From NCBI RefSeq assembly GCF_000039765.1, contig NC_004459.3, positions 2,451,127 through 2,483,126 on the forward strand: 32,000 nt of DNA, written 5' to 3'. The notes under the pieces were generated by a model. It was not told the origin of the DNA, ran no database searches, and saw only the letters and a list, made by a program, of their open reading frames with translations. Shown here piece by piece: positions 1 through 8,289 of this stretch (position 1 is the stretch's first letter; the number at the start of each line of letters is the position of its first letter). The stretch comes from Vibrio vulnificus CMCP6 (lineage in GTDB: Bacteria > Pseudomonadota > Gammaproteobacteria > Enterobacterales > Vibrionaceae). Position numbers and translations under genes: made by a program.

Positions 1-33
1 GACTTGCGTAAGTTCCTATTGAGCAAGCAATAA
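1..33 (+). CDS. 3' end (last 10 codons + stop) of a RelE/ParE-family toxin gene, cut by the window edge
   Basis: nt 1-170 are identical to 24387-24556, i.e. the tail of toxin CDS 24117-24419 (..DLRKFLLSKQ*) plus its attC. Confidence 0.85.
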   Translation, partial: DLRKFLLSKQ

Positions 34-48
34 CCTTTGGGAATGAAC

Positions 49-176
49 GGCTAACAAACTGTTTAAGAGTGATTCGCAACGCGTGGCATTTTTACTATGC
101 GTTAGGTTTAGTGTTTAAGGTGTGACATGCGGTGGCTTCGGTATTGCGTTGCTCACACCTTAACAGGGCGTTAGGC
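49..176 (+). repeat. attC site 1 (subtype I, 128 bp)
   Basis: R'' GGCTAAC / R' GTTAGGC; imperfect internal palindrome; R' is revcomp of next attC R''. Confidence 0.9.
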
Positions 177-598
177 AAAAGGCAGAAAAGTTCTTTGTTC
201 TAATTTTTTGTTCCCTCTGGCAGTTCGCTTTTCTTAGTCGGCAATCCCGTATTGTCGGCTCTAATTCTTAAATCTCTTCAACCGTAAAACATGCCAAAGT
301 TCGTGGGTTGCCTCATTGGGTTTCAGTGTTGGTTGGTGTTGAGCTTCACTGGCTCAAAGTGTGGAAAGGGCAAGTTAGTCGAAGCTTTCATTATTGCTGT
401 CATTTCGCAGCTTTGAATTTCTCAGGTTCAAAAGCTGCTTTGTCGCGGATAAGTCGCATTTCGTGGTTGTTATAAGTGAGGCTGTAACATAGTGACTTCA
501 GTAGTTCTTGAATCACAAAAAGTCAGTGGGAGATTGGTTGCTTATCGTGTTTAAGGTATTCTGCTTTCAAAGCAAGTTAGTGAGTAAATTAGAAATTT
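177..598 (+). mobile_element. gene-less cassette body (D1; distantly related to families A/B)
   Basis: bounded by attC 1 and 2; no ORF >=60 codons on either strand; shares short blocks (ttctttgttc, tgttccctc, gtcggcaa, gttgcctcatt) with families A/B. Confidence 0.7.
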
Positions 599-695
599 GC
601 CTAACAAAGCATTTAAGAGTGATTCGCAACGCTTGGCAGTTTCGCTTCGCTCAAGTATAGCCAAGCGCCGCTCACACCTTAATGCGGCGTTATAT
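599..695 (+). repeat. attC site 2 (short subtype S, 97 bp)
   Basis: R'' GCCTAAC / R' GTTATAT; central palindrome cgcttggc..gccaagcg. Confidence 0.9.
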
Positions 696-728
696 TAATC
701 AAAAAATTCGAGCACAAAAGGAGTTTCT

Positions 729-1100
729 ATGAACTATGATGTTATCGCTTTGGCATGTGAACAATTAGATTATCGCGATAAGTTACGCCTTGCACAGTTG
801 TTAATTCAGACCGCTCGAAAGGAAGAAGAAACAGTTAACCCTCAAGAGCGAATAATAGAATCAAAACCTTCTATTCCTGAAGCTATTGTAGAGGAGAAAG
901 AAATTGACACTATTTCCTACGTATATGAACGTTTGCTTAAATTAAGACCAGCGAAAGCAAAATCGCTAACGAACTCCATTAAAGCAATGTTTCAGTTTCA
1001 AGGTGGTATTTCTGAAGCAGAAGTTTCCGATATTGTCAGTGAACTCCAACATAGAAAGTTAGTTAAGCTGACTAACAATAAAGTCGATTACAAAGATTAA
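729..1100 (+). CDS. hypothetical protein, 123 aa
   Basis: ATG preceded by SD aaaggag; fills cassette; stop abuts attC 3; no family recognised. Confidence 0.75.
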   Translation: MNYDVIALACEQLDYRDKLRLAQLLIQTARKEEETVNPQERIIESKPSIPEAIVEEKEIDTISYVYERLLKLRPAKAKSLTNSIKAMFQFQGGISEAEVSDIVSELQHRKLVKLTNNKVDYKD

Positions 1101-1228
1101 TATAACAAGCAATTTAAGAGGGATTCACAACGCTTGGCATTTTTGCTTCTACTTCAATTTTAGTGTTTATGGCACAATGATTTAGGTTTGGGTGGAGGCG
1201 TTGTTCACCCCTTAATTGGGCGTTATGT
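1100..1228 (+). repeat. attC site 3 (subtype IV, 129 bp)
   Basis: R'' ATATAAC / R' GTTATGT. Confidence 0.9.
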
Positions 1229-1241
1229 TTTAAGGATAAAA

Positions 1242-1577
1242 ATGAAACATTCAGTTTTTATGAGTTTAGTATTTTTGACTGGGTGTGCTGCTAGTCAGGC
1301 AGCACCAATAGAAGTTCTCAGTTATGAAGCTGATGATAACAATTACACCTTGATAGCTATTAGTGAAAAAAAGCTAACAAGTTCAAATGGTGAAATCGAT
1401 AGTGTTTTCGAGGAAAAAATTAAAGAGCTTTGCCCGTATGGTTATTTAGTTTCGGAACCAACAGAAGATAATGGCCCCGATGGTACATGGCTAAAAAGGC
1501 ACATGGAGTACTATATAATGGCGAACAATGTCAAAAGTGCTCATTCTTACTCTAAAAATGTAAGTTGCACGCTTTGA
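1242..1577 (+). CDS. putative lipoprotein, 111 aa
   Basis: internal ATG of track ORF 1188..1577 lying just past attC; N-terminus MKHSVFMSLVFLTGCAAS has a lipobox (LTGC). Confidence 0.75.
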   Translation: MKHSVFMSLVFLTGCAASQAAPIEVLSYEADDNNYTLIAISEKKLTSSNGEIDSVFEEKIKELCPYGYLVSEPTEDNGPDGTWLKRHMEYYIMANNVKSAHSYSKNVSCTL

Positions 1578-1583
1578 TTACAA

Positions 1584-1710
1584 ACATAACAAAGCGTTTA
1601 AGAGGGATTTGGCACGCGTGGCATTTTCGGTTTGCGTTGGGTTCAGTGATTAAGTCGCTGTGCGGTAGCTATTGTAGTGCGTGCCTGCACCCCTTAACGC
1701 GGCGTTAGTA
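1584..1710 (+). repeat. attC site 4 (subtype II, 127 bp)
   Basis: R'' ACATAAC / R' GTTAGTA. Confidence 0.9.
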
Positions 1711-2131
1711 CGGGTTTGACATCAAAGGTCATAAGTTCTGGTGTTTATCTGTTTTGGCGCTCGTATTTACACCTTTCAGTTAGTGCCTTTCACGATCTTT
1801 CCGGTGGCACTATATGCGGAGTGCTCGCTTTGATTTCACCGTCTACGGCTTCTAACTCTTAGCCTATTTCTTTGGCGCTTCTTCATTTTCGTGGTGTTTT
1901 TTGAGAGAGCCTTGATTACTTTTGGTGTGGCTGTTGAAGTACGAGGAAAGAATCCTTTTTTAATTTAAAGCCAGTGAAAGTAGGGCAGTTCAGTGCATTT
2001 TTCTTCTAGCCAACTTTCGTCTTTCAATCGGGGTAAAGTTTTGTAGCTGCCCGTCTCACTTCAGTGTTCAAAGCCTTTCATATCATGCCACTTTTCAATA
2101 TCTTGGAGCGCATAAATAGAAGTAGCGCATG
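1711..2131 (+). mobile_element. gene-less cassette body (D2, unique sequence)
   Basis: bounded by attC 4 and 5 with matching R'/R'' (GTTAGTA/TACTAAC); no ORF >=60 codons; shares ttctttggcgct block with A/B. Confidence 0.7.
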
Positions 2132-2257
2132 TACTAACAAATTGCTTAAGAGTGATTCGTAACGCGTGGCATTTTTACTTTGCGGTGGCTTATGTGTTTA
2201 AGGCGCCGTGCGGTAGCTTTTGTATTGCGTTACTCACACCTTAGCAAGGCGTTATGT
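2132..2257 (+). repeat. attC site 5 (subtype I variant, 126 bp)
   Basis: R'' TACTAAC / R' GTTATGT. Confidence 0.9.
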
Positions 2258-2271
2258 GTTTGGAGATAGTC

Positions 2272-2616
2272 ATGGCTAGGTATGGAGCTTTGTTTATGCT
2301 GTTTATTGCTAGTTTCTCAAGTTTAGCGACAACGTTAGTGACAAAGAACTATGTTGTTTCCATAGCATCAAACTGCATGGAAGGCGAGGTTACTTGTGAT
2401 GATGTAACTTATTATGGCAAGTCTAAGAAATCTGGTGATGAGATCATTCTTAAAGGTCACACGTTACATACTCATTTGTCAGATGGTACTCCTTCAAAAT
2501 TTTTGGGTTATAAGTTCACTAATAGTAACGTTGTTTACATGATTTCAGATTCTGGTGTACTAACAGTAACTCAAGATGAAAAAGTTTTGGTGAGTGAGCA
2601 GGGGCAGTGGGACTAG
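2272..2616 (+). CDS. small secreted protein, 114 aa
   Basis: ATG after SD ggaga (2262-2266); N-terminal signal-like MARYGALFMLFIASFSSLATT; track start 2254 lies inside attC. Confidence 0.7.
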   Translation: MARYGALFMLFIASFSSLATTLVTKNYVVSIASNCMEGEVTCDDVTYYGKSKKSGDEIILKGHTLHTHLSDGTPSKFLGYKFTNSNVVYMISDSGVLTVTQDEKVLVSEQGQWD

Positions 2617-2627
2617 TTGAACCACAC

Positions 2628-2753
2628 ACATAACAAGGCGTTAAAGCGGGATTCATGCCGCGTGGCATTTTTTGTATGCAGTAAGTTTTGGTGGTGAAGT
2701 GGTCTACGGAAAGTTGGTTTATGCGGCATTCACCCCTTAACGCGGCGTTATGT
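2628..2753 (+). repeat. attC site 6 (subtype III, 126 bp)
   Basis: R'' ACATAAC / R' GTTATGT. Confidence 0.9.
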
Positions 2754-2791
2754 TTTCTTTCAATTTTCGATTTCAAGGATGATTCCGATTT

Positions 2792-3601
2792 ATGAATAAA
2801 AAGGTTTTGACCATAGGCACTATTATCGTGGTTTTCGGAATTGCAATTTTAACAAAACCAAACTCAGGAGGACTTAAGCTCCCTAGCTGTAATTTTGAGA
2901 AAGTGGCAAATACGAAGATTAATTTTTTTGTTGACCAAGAAGTCTTAGAGTCATCTTCAATAGAAGACATTAAAAAATCGCTGAACGCTTCAATAAAGTA
3001 CGCGAATCAGGTTTTAAAGAATTCATGTGTTCCATTGACCCGAAGCTTGGGTGATGTTGTACCACTTTACATAGATAAAAGTGAAGTTCGTAGTCTAGTC
3101 GCAGCAGGCAACTTGGTCGGTAAGGCTCTCGAAAAACAAAAAATATCAGTTAAACAGCTTAGTCCTAATGAAAAATATGGTCTGATTTTTCATGGAAAGC
3201 ATGAAAGTCAATTTGGATTGTCTGGCCAAGCATCATCGTATTTTGGAGCGTGGTTCTTTGCTATCTCTTCTACTGCGCCAATACATGTGTTAGAGCATGA
3301 ATTGGGTCATTTATCGTGGGCGCAGCATAGTGAGAAACATCCAATTCCCAATCTAACAATGTTTTTGAAATCCGCTGTTCCGCAAGGATATCAGGAAAAA
3401 CTCGTTCCGTATGCTCGCGCATTTAAGTGTGGCGATTCAGGCACAATAATGAGTTATGAGCGGAATATACTGCCCATATATTCAAGCCCTCAAATCAAGT
3501 ATCAAGAGGAATTTTGTGGCAATAGTGCGTCGGCTGACAATGCAAGGGTGTTGCGTGACTATGCGTTGACTTTATTGGAAACTGGCAAAGTTGGGCAATG
3601 A
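2792..3601 (+). CDS. zinc metalloprotease, metzincin-like, with N-terminal signal/anchor, 269 aa
   Basis: HELGHLSWAQH (nt 3296-3328) = HExxHxxxxxH; downstream GTIMSY resembles a Met-turn; hydrophobic N-terminus. Confidence 0.75.
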   Translation: MNKKVLTIGTIIVVFGIAILTKPNSGGLKLPSCNFEKVANTKINFFVDQEVLESSSIEDIKKSLNASIKYANQVLKNSCVPLTRSLGDVVPLYIDKSEVRSLVAAGNLVGKALEKQKISVKQLSPNEKYGLIFHGKHESQFGLSGQASSYFGAWFFAISSTAPIHVLEHELGHLSWAQHSEKHPIPNLTMFLKSAVPQGYQEKLVPYARAFKCGDSGTIMSYERNILPIYSSPQIKYQEEFCGNSASADNARVLRDYALTLLETGKVGQ

Positions 3602-3603
3602 AA

Positions 3604-3730
3604 ACATAACAAAGCGTTTAAGAGGGATTTGGCACGCGTGGCATTTTCAGTTTGCGTTGAGTTTGGTGGTTACGGCACTGTGCGGTAACTTTTGTATCGC
3701 GTGCCTGCACCCCTTAACGCAGCGTTATGT
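3604..3730 (+). repeat. attC site 7 (subtype II, 127 bp)
   Basis: R'' ACATAAC / R' GTTATGT. Confidence 0.9.
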
Positions 3731-3793
3731 ACTTGGACTCGAGATTCAGTCTATAATCCACATTTTGAGTGATGTTATTTAAGTGATTGATTT

Positions 3794-4252
3794 ATGAAAT
3801 ATTTTATTGGCTATCTATTGGTTTTAATTAACAGTGTTGCTTACGCAGATTTGCCTCAATGGATGAAACGAGAAGAACCTGATAGTTTAGGGTTATATTC
3901 TTCAGTCTTCGGTGACTGCCCATTTACTAACGATGCGTTATTAAAACGTATTGAAGGTGAGTTCCTTAGAGCTCGTGTGAAAGCTAATGAGGACCTTTCT
4001 TTTAACATTACAGTTAATACAATGTGTATGGATATAGAAAGTAAGGGTGGAGACAATAGAGGTACAGCTGTTTCTTATGAAATAAGGTTTGGGACAATCA
4101 TGCCGACCGGCGGTTTTGTTCTATATGAAACTCCGAATTATGGTTCAATGCTTATTGGTGGAAATGGCACTGACTCATCTCAGTTTTTTATATCATCTAT
4201 AACAAATAGTGTAGAAGACGCCCTTACAGATTACCTTAAAGCTAATTTTTAG
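3794..4252 (+). CDS. secreted hypothetical protein, 152 aa
   Basis: signal-like MKYFIGYLLVLINSVAYA; only long ORF in the cassette. Confidence 0.7.
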   Translation: MKYFIGYLLVLINSVAYADLPQWMKREEPDSLGLYSSVFGDCPFTNDALLKRIEGEFLRARVKANEDLSFNITVNTMCMDIESKGGDNRGTAVSYEIRFGTIMPTGGFVLYETPNYGSMLIGGNGTDSSQFFISSITNSVEDALTDYLKANF

Positions 4253-4261
4253 CAAAAACGT

Positions 4262-4389
4262 ACATAACAAAGCGTTTAAGACAGATTCCCAACGCTCGGC
4301 ATTTTTTATTCCTTCGTTGGGTTTTGTGTTTACGATGGTATGGTTAGGTTTTGTGGTAGCGTTGCTCACTACTTAACGCGGCGTTAGGC
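4262..4389 (+). repeat. attC site 8 (subtype IV, 128 bp)
   Basis: R'' ACATAAC / R' GTTAGGC. Confidence 0.9.
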
Positions 4390-4408
4390 AGGATGGGTAA
4401 GATTGAGC

Positions 4409-5119
4409 ATGAATTTTGACAAAGAAATTGGCGAGTTTAAGAGTTCTTTTCAGAAAGGCAATGCATTGACTAAAGTGACAATGGTTATGGGCTTTATACT
4501 GACCTTGACGTCTTTAGCTGAATTATCTAGCAAAATCGTAGTTTGGAAAGGTTTCATTCTGTCTGGTATAGAGTTCTACAAGTCATTCTTTGTAGAACCT
4601 GTGATATCTATAGCGTCCATTGCAGGTTTGCACTATTCAGAGTTAGAGCTTCATGTAGCCACTATTTCCTCTGTTTGTATTGTAACTGGCATGCGTATTC
4701 AAGCTATAGGGCAGCAAGTTGCTTTTCGCGAGATTAGTGAAAGGTATGGTAATGAAGTAAAGCCCAATCTATTGTTTTATTGGGTCGTTGCTGTTGTAGC
4801 TCCTATTGGTTTATGGCTATGGTACGGTTTTGGTAATCCGACAATCTATCCTTGGTGGTCAGTGTTTGCAGCGCTTTTTTTCCCAGTTTTCATAGTTATC
4901 CCCAAAATTCTTATGGCCAAGTTTGCTGGGTATGAGTTTTTCGAGCAAAATAATTTTAGTTACTTTAAAAGTTATTACATCTACGTAGGCGCACTGATTC
5001 TATTCATCTGCATGTTAGCGGCTATAAATAGCGGTATTCGAGGGGACGTGGAGCCTTCAAAAGAAGCTGCCGAAGTATCAATATCTTTGGTTATAGGGAC
5101 TGAGCCTAAACCTGCCTAA
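4409..5119 (+). CDS. multi-pass membrane protein, ~236 aa (alternative TTG start at 4403)
   Basis: at least five long hydrophobic stretches by eye; stop TAA lies inside R'' of attC 9. Confidence 0.7.
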   Translation: MNFDKEIGEFKSSFQKGNALTKVTMVMGFILTLTSLAELSSKIVVWKGFILSGIEFYKSFFVEPVISIASIAGLHYSELELHVATISSVCIVTGMRIQAIGQQVAFREISERYGNEVKPNLLFYWVVAVVAPIGLWLWYGFGNPTIYPWWSVFAALFFPVFIVIPKILMAKFAGYEFFEQNNFSYFKSYYIYVGALILFICMLAAINSGIRGDVEPSKEAAEVSISLVIGTEPKPA

Positions 5120-5239
5120 CAAACTGTTTAAGAGTGATTCGCAACGCGTGGCATTTTTACTATGCGTTGCGTTTAGTGTTTAAGGTGGTATGCGGCGGCT
5201 CAGGTATTGCGTTGCTCACACCTTAACAGGGCGTTAGTT
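5114..5239 (+). repeat. attC site 9 (subtype I, 126 bp)
   Basis: R'' GCCTAAC / R' GTTAGTT. Confidence 0.9.
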
Positions 5240-5720
5240 TGCAAGAGGTAAAACGCAGCTATATCGCAAGATCTAGTGGTAAAAGCTCAAAGTTGACATT
5301 GTCGTATCGGCGTTCAATTTCAGTGTTAATTAGCGTGGTGAAAATCCAAAACTGGCATCGTTGAAAGGGTAAATTTGTTCTTGGTGTTGTGAGTTTTGGG
5401 GTCATTGAGCCGAACTTTTTTCTGAAACTCTGCTCTGTGAGTTTGTTGGTGCAAAAGCCGATTTACTTGCTGAAAGGATGCTTTCTCTGGTGTGGTAAGT
5501 TCAAGTGGTTTCAGTGGCTTTGTTGAAAGTCCGCATTGTGAGATTGGTTATTCAAAAGCTCTTTTTGGTGTTGTGAGTTCGTTTTCTGCGGCGTTGCTTG
5601 TTCCAAGTGGTTTCATTGACAGCTGCTTTGAGACTACGCCTGACTTAAGTGCATCAAAGCACATAATGTTTGTTGTTTGCAAAGTTTAAAATAACGTAAA
5701 ATCAACTCTTTGGGTTTGCA
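5240..5720 (+). mobile_element. gene-less cassette body, family C divergent member (C')
   Basis: 3' half aligns with 15147-15505, 19719-20072 and 30577-30935 (..ggtgttgt.ag..cgttttct.cggcgttg...gttccaagtggtttca..); the 65-codon ORF 5492..5689 is judged non-coding (see rejected). Confidence 0.65.
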
Positions 5721-5846
5721 AACTAACAAACTGCTCAAGAGGGATTCACAACGCGTGGCATTTTCACTATGCGTTGAATTTAGTGATTAAGGTGGTTTTC
5801 GGCGGCTTCGGTATTGCGTTGCTCACCCCTTAGCAGGGCGTTATGC
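5721..5846 (+). repeat. attC site 10 (subtype I, 126 bp)
   Basis: R'' AACTAAC / R' GTTATGC. Confidence 0.9.
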
Positions 5847-6191
5847 TTAATCTCGTAAAATCAGTGATTTAGTGTTTTTCTTTGTTCCCTCGGCTTGTTA
5901 GTTTCGAGTTCGTCGGCAAGTCAGCTTCATAGGGCGCTATTTTCTGGACATCAATTCTTTGGCGCTGGAAATTCAGAGGATTGCCTCAATCAGTTTTCGC
6001 GTAAGCGTGAGGTTAGGGCAGTTGGCTCATTCAGAACTTTGAACTTAGGTTTTTGAGTTTTAGTAGCCAAATTTCAAAGTCAGATTTTCAAAAATCATGA
6101 GTCATTTCAGTTTTTTAGGTTTTGCCTTTTGTTAACTAATCCTAGCCGAGTTAATCTTGGTTTTGGTAAAAATGTGGGCGTTGAAGCTTAA
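5847..6191 (+). mobile_element. gene-less cassette body, family A copy 1
   Basis: homologous to 11891-12235, 23326-23676, 24563-24906 and 29604-29948; no conserved ORF on either strand. Confidence 0.8.
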
Positions 6192-6318
6192 GCATAACAA
6201 AGCGTTAAAGTGGGATTTGGCACGCGTGGCATTTTTAGTTTGCGTTGAGTTCGGTGGTTACGGCACTATGCGGTAGCTTTTGTATTGCGTGCCTGCACCC
6301 CTTAACGCGGCGTTATGT
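6192..6318 (+). repeat. attC site 11 (subtype II, 127 bp)
   Basis: R'' GCATAAC / R' GTTATGT. Confidence 0.9.
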
Positions 6319-6654
6319 TTAATCATGTAAAATCAGTTGGTTGCATCTTTTCTTGGCTTTCTAATTCTGGCTTTGTCGGCAAGTTAACTTCAGTGGTCGC
6401 TGTTTTCTGGACTCCAATTCTTTGGCGCTAAAAATTCAGAGAGTTGCCTCATTAAAATGTGGTGTTTGGGTGAGGTGAGTGCAGCTTGTTCAGTTTCAAC
6501 GTTAGAGCTTCAGCTTTCGTTTTTCACGTAAAGACTCAATGTGAATTCAATCAATTTTATGAGTTAATTCAGTTTTTTAGCCTATGGTTTTGGTGTGCAA
6601 AGGTAAGTCGAGTTAAGCTCTTGGTATCGTAAAACTTAACCCTTTGAGTCTTAA
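6319..6654 (+). mobile_element. gene-less cassette body, family B copy 1
   Basis: homologous to 12363-12708; 5' half related to family A, 3' half distinct. Confidence 0.8.
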
Positions 6655-6781
6655 ACATAACAAGGCGTTCAAGAGGGATTCGTGCCGCGTGGCATTTTTG
6701 GTATGCGGTGAGTTTTGGTGGTGAAAGTGGTCTGCGGAAACTTGGTTTAGGCGGCACTCACCCCTTAACGCAGCGTTATAA
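6655..6781 (+). repeat. attC site 12 (subtype III, 127 bp)
   Basis: R'' ACATAAC / R' GTTATAA. Confidence 0.9.
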
Positions 6782-6801
6782 ATTTTTTAAAGGAGTCATG
6801 A

Positions 6802-7695
6802 GTGGCAAGCTCTGGTACATATTATTTAGGTCGAGTATTGAAACTTGGTACTCTCGATCAAGAAAAGTTAATGAATGCAATCAAAGAGCCTGTTTCCTTA
6901 TCTTATAGAGGTTCATCTTGGACGTTCATTGACGTCCAAGAAGTTAAGGGTAACGGGGAGCATTATATTTTCGGTCGCCTAAGCAAATACAAGCCGTTAG
7001 GTGAGGTTACTGTCGTAGATACACATCGGAGAACAGAAGAAACACAAATTGAACCTAACTTGAAAGTTGCCTCTAGCCCTTTTGTATATATCCCGTCCCA
7101 CTCGGGTATTGCGTTTCTTAATGTGTATAATCACATTGAACAAAAAGCTTTTGTTAATCGCTTTTGTTCTATTATCGAGGAAACTTATCAACGCTTTTTC
7201 GTTGATTGTGACATTGAGTTAGTCTCAGACTTACGCTCTTTTGCTGCGAAAGTATCATCATTGGATGGTATCTATCATGTTAACGCGAAAATATCTCCTC
7301 CAAACCCAATGTTCGGCTGTCTTTGGGCAGAGTTAAAGGACTACTTAATCAAACGAAACACTGATCGCATGACCGTCGTCGAAGATGCCCCAGAAAGTGA
7401 GCCGCTAAATACAGATCTGCCATATCACATAGAAAAAGCGGCAAACCAGACAGCAGATGAGCAATATGTGTCAGAAGAACCTCTTCCGATCGGGGACGCT
7501 GCAATACTTATGGCAGCAGACGGCTATGGTCATGGAACAGTTAAAGGGAAAAGAGATAATGAAGTTATAACTATTAAAACATCCGAGACAGTAAAGAACT
7601 TTTCCTTCGACAAAAATCCAGAGCCTGATGCTCTTTATCGTAAAGCTCTTGGAATATTTGACGAAATCAAAGAAAAAAGGCACCTGGGTCACTGA
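6802..7695 (+). CDS. hypothetical soluble protein, 297 aa (gene 1 of a two-gene cassette)
   Basis: GTG start 6 nt after SD aggag (6791-6795); no TM segments; motif Y-x-P-x10-Y-N-H at nt 7087-7134; family not recognised. Confidence 0.75.
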   Translation: MASSGTYYLGRVLKLGTLDQEKLMNAIKEPVSLSYRGSSWTFIDVQEVKGNGEHYIFGRLSKYKPLGEVTVVDTHRRTEETQIEPNLKVASSPFVYIPSHSGIAFLNVYNHIEQKAFVNRFCSIIEETYQRFFVDCDIELVSDLRSFAAKVSSLDGIYHVNAKISPPNPMFGCLWAELKDYLIKRNTDRMTVVEDAPESEPLNTDLPYHIEKAANQTADEQYVSEEPLPIGDAAILMAADGYGHGTVKGKRDNEVITIKTSETVKNFSFDKNPEPDALYRKALGIFDEIKEKRHLGH

Positions 7696-8165
7696 TGAAT
7701 CGAATTCTAGATATTTTTCGCTTTACTATTATTTCTCCGGAGTTTGTTGTTATTCTTCTGACGGTTGCAATGACATATAGTTATCCGGAAGTATTTGTAC
7801 TTATAGGTGGAAAACTTAAAGGCAATACAGAACTATGGAAGTTTATCCCCTCATTGCCTGTTATCTTCACTGGCGTGACCTTTAAAGTGGCTCAAAAAGT
7901 TCATGCACCTTTGGAGAATACGTCCAACAAGCAACTTTACGAATGGAGCTCATTCAATAAGGTTTCTGATCGTATAATGGCGTCTTATTTGATTTGTATA
8001 CTTTGTTGTGCCGCTAGTTTTACAATTTGGTTCTTCATGTCAGAGTTGAGTGAACTAATGTTAGGTTCAATATTATTGAGTTCAATCCTAATCTCTGGGT
8101 TAACTACGTTCCAAATTATCTTGGCAGCTCAAAAAATCAGGCAAGTCATAGAGCAATACACATAA
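7695..8165 (+). CDS. small 4-TM membrane protein, 156 aa (gene 2 of a two-gene cassette)
   Basis: ATG overlaps the upstream TGA (TGATG at 7693-7697); four hydrophobic helices by eye. Confidence 0.75.
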   Translation: MNRILDIFRFTIISPEFVVILLTVAMTYSYPEVFVLIGGKLKGNTELWKFIPSLPVIFTGVTFKVAQKVHAPLENTSNKQLYEWSSFNKVSDRIMASYLICILCCAASFTIWFFMSELSELMLGSILLSSILISGLTTFQIILAAQKIRQVIEQYT

Positions 8166-8168
8166 AAT

Positions 8169-8265
8169 TTATAACAAAGCATTTAAGAGTGATTCGCAAC
8201 GCTCGGCATTTTCGCTTCGCTCAAGTATAGCCGAGCGCAGCTCACACCTTAATGCGGCGTTATAT
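8169..8265 (+). repeat. attC site 13 (short subtype S, 97 bp)
   Basis: R'' TTATAAC / R' GTTATAT; near-copy of attC 2 and 31. Confidence 0.9.
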
Positions 8266-8289
8266 GCCTGAAATGAGAACTCCAAAATA

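Noticed and set aside
1188-1241. N-terminal extensions of track ORFs that start inside attC sites. Affected ORFs: 1188, 2254, 8811, 9399, 10696, 16300, 17369, 18168, 24960, 25576 and 30989. They give recurring peptides such as ..HPLIGRYV.. and ..CLHPLT[QR]RYVL..
   Set aside because: The shared residues are simply attC sequence read in frame. Each case has a better start with an SD just downstream of the R' box.
3591-3782. 63-aa + strand ORF
   Set aside because: It is almost entirely encoded by attC 7 (subtype II). The same pseudo-peptide appears wherever that attC type occurs.
5492-5689. Conserved small protein in family C (ORFs 5492..5689 and 19842..20042 share FGVVSSFS.AL.VPSGF.D..FET.P)
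   Set aside because: The same frame has a TAA in copy C1 (15384-15386) and no start codon in C3. C2/C3 differences are mostly nonsynonymous, so the conservation is at nucleotide level.
6161-6173. Extended -10-like tggtaaaaat near the end of A1/A4/A5
   Set aside because: The hexamer register gives only TAAAAA, and the element is replaced by taaaacg in A2, A3 and the mosaic. The TTGTTA-17-TAATCT element is better conserved.
5847-6654. The gene-less families A/B/C could be MITEs or IS remnants
   Set aside because: They have no terminal inverted repeats, target-site duplications or transposase fragments. Every copy is bounded precisely by attC G|TT junctions with matching R'/R'' boxes, so they are integron cassettes.
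6798-6908. 36-codon ORF from ATG 6798
   Set aside because: The ATG is only 2 nt from the SD. The ORF overlaps the 297-aa frame, and its sequence is low-complexity and basic. It is treated as a decoy, not a gene.
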